From Clostridia bacterium (GTDB lineage Bacteria; Bacillota; Clostridia; Oscillospirales; CAG-272), in NCBI GenBank assembly GCA_017456145.1, contig JAFTJZ010000085.1, positions 10,463-74,462 of the forward strand: a stretch of DNA of 64,000 bases. The letters are read 5' to 3'. The notes under the pieces were generated by a model that had not been told where the DNA came from, ran no database searches, and saw only the letters and a program-made list of their open reading frames with translations. Numbering within the stretch: the stretch's first letter is position 1; every line of letters begins with the position of its first letter. Shown one piece after another: positions 58,607 to 64,000 of this stretch. A program made the position numbers and the translations under genes.

Positions 58607-59734
58607 TCAATGTGCCTCGTTGAAGTCACGCACGGCGCGGCACATCGCGTGGACGTTTTCCTCTTTGGTCTCATAGAACAGATAGTCACTGGCGGCGAGA
58701 ACGTGCTTTCTTCCCATGCGGTGCGCGGTCTCCAGAATATGCCAGCTCTGCTTGTAAATTTCCTCGGGCGTGCAGTTCAGCAAGCGGTCAAGACCGATAT
58801 TGCCTCTCGTGCAGATGCCGGGATCAAGCTTTTGGAAGGCGTCCTCAATGCTCTTGACATTACCCACGGGTGCCTCGGAGAGCGTTTCAAACAAGTCGAT
58901 GCCCATCTGATTGTAATAGCCCTTGGTCAGCATCGGCTCAATGGGCGAACACATATGCGTGTAAACCAGCATACCGCTCTTGTGTACCATATCGGTCACC
59001 TGCTTGGAATAGGGAACGAGAAAATCCTCATAATATTTGGGGGAGATCATCTCGGAGCCCGGGCCGCCAAGGAACACGAAATCCGCGCCGCCCGCAGCGA
59101 CCGCCTCGATCAGCTTTTCGTCCAGCTGCAGGATCTTGTCCATCAGATCGTAGAAACGCTCACGGCAATCGAGGGCAAGCAGCGCTGTGTCCATGGTGCT
59201 GGGAAAGCCGAGCAGCTCATAGGGCTGCATTGCCCACTGAATATCCAGCGCGTTGTCACCCACAATGTTTCTCACGTTGCGAATGTGCGCGGTGATGGGC
59301 GAGAAATCCTTGACCTCCAAAAGGCGATCAAGATAATATTCCAGCACGTCCAGCTCGTCCTCATCGGTGATCAGCGCCTTGGTCGGGCAGGTGCCCCGCA
59401 GCTCATCTTCAATGGTCGTGTTGAACAGCGTACCGACAGGCGTGACGAAGTTGGAGCGATAGGTGCGGCGTCCCGTTTCGCTGATCTCCACGGGGCACCC
59501 CTCCCAGTGAATATCGGGTGTCAGCTGCGTCAGATCAGGCAAGCCGAAATTATAAAGCGGCACCATATCAAACTGCTCACATGCGTGCATGGTGTCCTCA
59601 TAGGTCGTCTGGCTGAACCATGTCTTGCCTGCCAGCTTGGTATCAAAGCCGGCACCTGCACCGATCTGCGGCGAGCAAATGAACTTGTCCCCACCGTTTT
59701 TCACATAATGGATATAAAGCTCTCTGTTTGTCAT
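58607..59734 (-). CDS. Uroporphyrinogen-decarboxylase-like (URO-D/MtaA-type) family protein
   Basis: Start at MTNRELY (59732-59734), with GGAG upstream. About 375 aa. The overall pattern (GADFVFLGGPGSEMISPKYYEDFLVPY...) resembles the URO-D_like TIM barrel. The long ORF-track N-terminal extension overlaps the upstream gene. Confidence 0.5.
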   Translation of the reverse strand: MTNRELYIHYVKNGGDKFICSPQIGAGAGFDTKLAGKTWFSQTTYEDTMHACEQFDMVPLYNFGLPDLTQLTPDIHWEGCPVEISETGRRTYRSNFVTPVGTLFNTTIEDELRGTCPTKALITDEDELDVLEYYLDRLLEVKDFSPITAHIRNVRNIVGDNALDIQWAMQPYELLGFPSTMDTALLALDCRERFYDLMDKILQLDEKLIEAVAAGGADFVFLGGPGSEMISPKYYEDFLVPYSKQVTDMVHKSGMLVYTHMCSPIEPMLTKGYYNQMGIDLFETLSEAPVGNVKSIEDAFQKLDPGICTRGNIGLDRLLNCTPEEIYKQSWHILETAHRMGRKHVLAASDYLFYETKEENVHAMCRAVRDFNEAH

Positions 59735-59768
59735 GATAATGATCTCCGTTTCCTTTTTTATATTTATT

Positions 59769-61406
59769 TTATACTTCGATACTCTGCACAAGACCGCCCG
59801 TTTGCCACAAAAACGTCGCGCGATCATTGACCTCTTTTTCATAGGCAGATACATCTGCCATGGTGCTGAGAACTGGTGCGAAGGGGCCAAAGCGCACGCG
59901 CATGGTCGTGATCTTTTTTCCCGCCGTCTCGTCCGCAAGCAAGCGCACGGTACAGAGCCGCGCCCATCTTTCATGCTTGTATTCCAGATGGATGCGATGG
60001 ATTGTACCGTCGCTGTCCACCACGGGATACTCACAAAGCTCCATTTCATCCCACTTCCAAGGCAGACGGGGCTTGACGATCAGCACGCCGTCCTTCATTG
60101 ACACACCCGCCACGATGGCCAGTGTTTTAAGCGTTTCGCAGGACTGCACCAAATTGCCTTCGTCACCGGGATTGTCCATCACTCCCTGATCGGGTACGGC
60201 AACCTTGCCGAAGGTGTGATCCAGCGCCTTTTCATAATTGTCATATTCAAAGCATTCGTGCATGACAAAGGGATTCATTTCAAACGTCGCCGGCTCAATG
60301 ACATCTCCGTCGTAAGCCAGACGCGCCACGCCCTCCAGGGCCTTCCCGTAAGTATTGACGTCGTCAACCAGCAGTGATGCCTGTGTGAAATAGTTTTGTC
60401 CGTAGCCGCACATGGTATCGTCGTGACGACCGCCTGCACCGCCCCAGCAGGTATTGCTGACAAAGCCGTAACGTCGGAAGTAATATCCCTTCGCCATCGC
60501 ATGCCGCAGATAGGCGTAGGAGCGCAGATGCACGTCTTTGGCATCGTCATCATACAGACCGCTCACACCGGCATCATAATTCTGAATATACGGTGCTTGT
60601 CTTGTCCAGCAGTGGATGTTGAAATGTGCACCGAAGAAAGCGGTTTCGTACGGCCTTCCGTCCACGGTACGGCCGTTGAGCCAGACACCGCCCGGTACGC
60701 GCGTGTCGGAAACGTCTCCGTTTGAGATCAGCAACCGCTCCACGCTTGCCATCAATTTTTGAGCAAGTGCAGCATAATCCTTGGCGATCTCATGCTCCCC
60801 GCAAAAAGCGGCAAGATCGGCAAAATTTTGCACAGCCACGTAAGCGCCGTAGTTGGGATAGATGGCATAAACCGGCTCACCAATGCAGGGATTGCCCGAG
60901 AGCTCGCTGATACAAGGGAGGAGATCTCCAATGGGACACGCCTCCATGCAGCGGGCAAACCAAGCAAAAACATCCGCCGTCTGCTTGAGGTAATATCGGC
61001 CAAGAGTAATGTCCTTCCCCGCCGCCCGCCAGGTCTGGGCAATGGCGTTGAGGATATGGGTATTGCCGTCAAGCTCGTAATCCTCCCCGATATGACGGTC
61101 GATGATGCGCCCCCAGTGATCCCCGAAATTTTTGTTGGCGAGGAAATATTCCACCACCATCCTTGCTTGTTCAACAAAGCCGTAGCGTGCCATCTCTTGC
61201 ACACCGCGCCCGGCGTCGCGCGCCCAGACCTGATCATAATAACAGGTTCCCGCGTGGGGAATGGTGGAGGTATGCATAAAGCCGCGGGGAAAGGTTCCAC
61301 CGCCGTCATCAACCTTGGCAAGCAGATCTGCCAAGTTCTCGGCAAAGATGCGCCCCATGTCGTGCGCATATTCGCAGCCTTCAAATCGTATTTTGGGTAT
61401 CTTCAT
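59769..61406 (-). CDS. Hypothetical protein, possibly (alpha/alpha)6 six-hairpin glycosidase-like
   Basis: 545 aa with a GGGAGG ribosome-binding site. The YYDQVWARDAG motif is reminiscent of GH15-type toroids. The function is not established. Confidence 0.35.
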   Translation of the reverse strand: MKIPKIRFEGCEYAHDMGRIFAENLADLLAKVDDGGGTFPRGFMHTSTIPHAGTCYYDQVWARDAGRGVQEMARYGFVEQARMVVEYFLANKNFGDHWGRIIDRHIGEDYELDGNTHILNAIAQTWRAAGKDITLGRYYLKQTADVFAWFARCMEACPIGDLLPCISELSGNPCIGEPVYAIYPNYGAYVAVQNFADLAAFCGEHEIAKDYAALAQKLMASVERLLISNGDVSDTRVPGGVWLNGRTVDGRPYETAFFGAHFNIHCWTRQAPYIQNYDAGVSGLYDDDAKDVHLRSYAYLRHAMAKGYYFRRYGFVSNTCWGGAGGRHDDTMCGYGQNYFTQASLLVDDVNTYGKALEGVARLAYDGDVIEPATFEMNPFVMHECFEYDNYEKALDHTFGKVAVPDQGVMDNPGDEGNLVQSCETLKTLAIVAGVSMKDGVLIVKPRLPWKWDEMELCEYPVVDSDGTIHRIHLEYKHERWARLCTVRLLADETAGKKITTMRVRFGPFAPVLSTMADVSAYEKEVNDRATFLWQTGGLVQSIEV

Positions 61407-61543
61407 CGTAGCCTCCCCGTATGAAATAATGGTCCGCCCCTATGGGCAAAACGCAGCGCTCCTACCGCAAGGAAAGCTTGCGGGAATATATCTGCATTAT
61501 ACCATGCATCGGAATCATTGTCAAGAAAATTCCAAAAACTTTC

Positions 61544-61572
61544 TTGACTTTTCTTTTGGATTATGTTATAAT
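61544..61572 (+). promoter_or_regulatory. Putative extended -10 sigma-A promoter
   Basis: TTGACT (61544-61549), a 17-nt spacer ending in TGt, then TATAAT (61567-61572), 34 nt upstream of the methyltransferase ATG. Confidence 0.55.
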
Positions 61573-61605
61573 GTACGCCCATTACTAAGAAACGAGGTGA
61601 TTTAC

Positions 61606-62502
61606 ATGAATACGATCTGGTCAAAACACGTACAAGGCATACACACCCTGTACAGCTCTCGTACGCTGCGCTTTAACGATTTTTTTGCTCCCCAATACCT
61701 CCCGCTCTTCGCACTGGATGGAGACAAGCCGCTGAAAATCTTGGAGATCGGCTGCGGTCCCGGTGCGCTTGCAGCAGCGCTGCACCGCTGGTACCCGCAA
61801 GCAGAGATCACGGCGCTGGATCGCGACAGTGAATTTATCCGTTTCGCCCGCAAAAACGTGCCGGGCGTGACCTTTCTTGAAGGCGATGCAACCGCACTCC
61901 CCTTCCCTGACGGTACTTTTGACGTGACCATCTCCAACACGGTTGCCGAGCATATCGAGCCGTCTGCCTTTTACGGTGAGCAGCGTCGCGTGCTGAGAGA
62001 CGGCGGCGTATGCCTTGTCCTCTCCGGCCGCCGCGGACTTCATGCCTACCCCGAGGTCAAGCAAAGCGATTTTGAGCAAGCCTTTTGGAACAAGGTTGCA
62101 CAGCATGATGACTCTCTGGAGCGTTATGCGGTCTGCAAATACCCCATGAGCGAGATGGAAATGCCGCACGCCATGACGCAGCACGGCTTTTCCGCGGTAC
62201 GGACCGGTTATGCGATTATCGATCTGACACCCGACGATCCCAAATATCCCGCCGCCATGGCGCACGCCATGATCGACGCAAGGCGCCACAACGATCTTGA
62301 CGCCATCGCCTCGGCGCGCCGATCCTTCCCCGATCACGTCAGCGAGGAGGAGGCTGCCGAGATGAGTCGCATTGTCAACGAGCGATACGATGCGCGCATT
62401 GCACAATACCATCGCGGCGAGAAGGTCTGGGACACCGGCGTTTCCATCACCATGATCGTGCGCGGCGTCAAAGGCGGAAACGGAGGTAAGTCGTCATGCT
62501 GA
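61606..62502 (+). CDS. Class I SAM-dependent methyltransferase
   Basis: Start at MNTIWSK, with GAGGTG upstream. Motif I ILEIGCGPGALAAAL, post-I motif ALDRD, and FDVTISNTVAEHI. Confidence 0.82.
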   Translation: MNTIWSKHVQGIHTLYSSRTLRFNDFFAPQYLPLFALDGDKPLKILEIGCGPGALAAALHRWYPQAEITALDRDSEFIRFARKNVPGVTFLEGDATALPFPDGTFDVTISNTVAEHIEPSAFYGEQRRVLRDGGVCLVLSGRRGLHAYPEVKQSDFEQAFWNKVAQHDDSLERYAVCKYPMSEMEMPHAMTQHGFSAVRTGYAIIDLTPDDPKYPAAMAHAMIDARRHNDLDAIASARRSFPDHVSEEEAAEMSRIVNERYDARIAQYHRGEKVWDTGVSITMIVRGVKGGNGGKSSC

Positions 62503-63296
62503 AATTCGGAATGCCGACACTGATCGAATCCGCGACTCTTGAAGAGTGCGCCGCGCTTTGTCGCACGCTCGGCTTGGATTTTATCGAGCTGAATATGAAT
62601 CTGCCGCAGTATCAGCCCGACACCATAGACATTGAACGTTTTCGCCGCATCGCCAAAGAAAACGGCATCTTCTACACCATCCATCTGGACGAAAATCTCA
62701 ATGTCAGCGATTTCAACCCCTATGTCGCCGACGCCTATCTGCGCACGGTCAAGGAGAGCATCGCGCTGGCAAAGCAGTTGGAGGCTCCGCTGCTCAATAT
62801 GCATCTGTCCCGCGGCGTTTATTTCACGCTGCCCGAGCGAAAGGTCTATCTGTTTTCTGAATACCGTGAGCAGTACCTACGCACCATCGCCGCGTTTCGC
62901 GATGTATGCGAGAAGACCATCGGCGATGCGGGCATCAGGATCAGCGTAGAGAATTGCAGCGGCTGGCAGGATTTTCAAAAGGAGGCACTGGAGCTGCTGT
63001 TGGCATCTCCCGTCTTTTCTCTGACGCTGGACATCGGGCACAACCACGGCAGCGGCGGCGCGGACGAGACCTTCATCCTCGCGCACCGCGATCGTCTTTG
63101 CCATATGCATATGCACGACGCGCTGGGGAAAAAGGATCACATGGCACTTGGCACAGGCGAGCTGGAGCTCTCCCGCTATCTCGCTCTGGCACAAGAGAGC
63201 TGCCGCACCGTCGTGCTGGAAACCAAAACGGTGGCAGGGCTCTGTGCGTCGGTAGCGTGGTTGCGTACGCATCATCCGCACTCAACCGTCTGTTGA
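62496..63296 (+). CDS. Xylose-isomerase-like TIM-barrel protein (sugar phosphate isomerase/epimerase family)
   Basis: Metal-ligand-like motifs ISVEN, LDIGH and HMHMHDA. It overlaps the methyltransferase stop. GGAGG ribosome-binding site. Confidence 0.75.
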   Translation: MLKFGMPTLIESATLEECAALCRTLGLDFIELNMNLPQYQPDTIDIERFRRIAKENGIFYTIHLDENLNVSDFNPYVADAYLRTVKESIALAKQLEAPLLNMHLSRGVYFTLPERKVYLFSEYREQYLRTIAAFRDVCEKTIGDAGIRISVENCSGWQDFQKEALELLLASPVFSLTLDIGHNHGSGGADETFILAHRDRLCHMHMHDALGKKDHMALGTGELELSRYLALAQESCRTVVLETKTVAGLCASVAWLRTHHPHSTVC

Positions 63297-63357
63297 GCTG
63301 CTAAAACTCAACTGTCCGTTAACCTCTGTGTCTTGTATCCGAGACGGAACAATCTTG

Positions 63358-63395
63358 ATAACCGCTCCAACTAAACCGAGCGGTTATTGATTTTT
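63358..63395 (+). terminator. Intrinsic terminator
   Basis: ATAACCGCTC-caactaaacc-GAGCGGTTAT followed by TGATTTTT. Confidence 0.65.
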
Positions 63396-63599
63396 GTTCA
63401 TCCTTCTGTTATAATAATATAGCAGATGGGCTGTCGTGGGCGCCAGCCCCTACCGGCTCAGGTTCGTGTGAGAAAATTGAAAAAGTCCCCCTTGATAAAG
63501 GTTTTCGCGCAGGGGCGCAGGGGACGGTGCCTTTCAAAAGGCATCTCCCCGCCAAACGCAAAGCCACACACAAACACAAACAAAAGGAGATGATCTACC

Positions 63600-64000
63600 A
63601 TGCTCAACAACAAAGAATTTGGCGCACTGATTGCCACACGACGCAAAGAGATCGGGCTGACGCAGGATGCCTTTGCCGCTATGCTCGGCATCACGCCGCA
63701 AGCCATCTCCAAATGGGAAAACGGTGTCGGTTACCCTGACGTGACCCTTTTTCCGCATATTGCGCATGCGCTGAACATCTCGCTGGATGCTTTGTTCGGC
63801 ACGGAGAGCGAAAACGACGATAATATCGCAGACGCCCACAGGAGTACGCAAGAAGAACCAAGCACACCGCCCACAATTCCCGGCGCTCCGACAACGTTTT
63901 GCTCCCTGCCTCCCGTCGCGGCGGGCAGCCACTTCATTTGCTATTCCGACAAAGCGCTCGCAGCGGCAGCGCAGCGCAGCGACCTTGTGGAATTTACGGA
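63600..64000 (+). CDS. XRE-family HTH protein with a Pro-rich linker. The 3' end lies beyond the window.
   Basis: From my own translation: ATG at 63600 after AAGGAGA; MLNNKEFGALIATRRKEIGLTQDAFAAMLGITPQAISKWENG. The frame is open to the window end, so it is not in the ORF track. Confidence 0.75.
   Translation, partial: MLNNKEFGALIATRRKEIGLTQDAFAAMLGITPQAISKWENGVGYPDVTLFPHIAHALNISLDALFGTESENDDNIADAHRSTQEEPSTPPTIPGAPTTFCSLPPVAAGSHFICYSDKALAAAAQRSDLVEFT

Noticed and set aside
58607-60049. The full 480-aa version of the URO-D-like ORF
   Set aside because: Its first 105 codons overlap the 3' end of the upstream 545-aa gene and translate to Arg/Cys/Pro-rich nonsense. The internal ATG at 59734 has a ribosome-binding site and gives a family-typical length.
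1-64000. Search by eye for tRNA, rRNA, tmRNA, RNase P and SRP genes
   Set aside because: I saw no GGTTCGAATCC-type T-arm, cloverleaf spacing or rRNA-like conserved block. All long non-coding stretches are accounted for as promoters, repeats or terminators. tRNAscan or Infernal would be needed to exclude small RNAs formally.

Overview
A 64-kb chromosomal segment from a high-GC, endospore-forming Firmicute. I assign it to the Clostridia, probably Oscillospiraceae/Ruminococcaceae-like, but that assignment is inferred only from gene content and order. Most of the window is ordinary core genome. On the minus strand there is a dgt-dnaG-rpoD operon. Other core features are spoIIGA-sigE, yigZ-hflX, rpmE, a cyclophilin, ytvI, rqcH, a type II pantothenate kinase, an ABC-2/GldG/DUF4340 operon, a complete Firmicute glycogen cluster (glgB-glgC-glgD-glgA-glgP plus a GH13 enzyme), zapA-U32 peptidase-M23 peptidase, and two MFS transporters. 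I saw no rRNA, tRNA, CRISPR array, integrase or transposase by eye. Four things stand out. (1) An AT-rich island at about 13.7-20.1 kb carries a duplicated set of three uncharacterised protein families plus a GNAT; this is my best candidate for an undescribed system. (2) An ImmR/ImmA-type repressor-protease pair and an SRAP abasic-site protein lie divergent from dinB, and the shared intergenic region holds a perfect consensus promoter flanked by LexA-type boxes. (3) Two families of structured intergenic repeats show compensatory stem changes, and each copy starts just after a stop codon. (4) A FolC-fold protein with degenerate ATP-binding motifs is translationally coupled to the GH13 gene. All functional calls come from motif recognition in my own reading of the translations. 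No database search was run.
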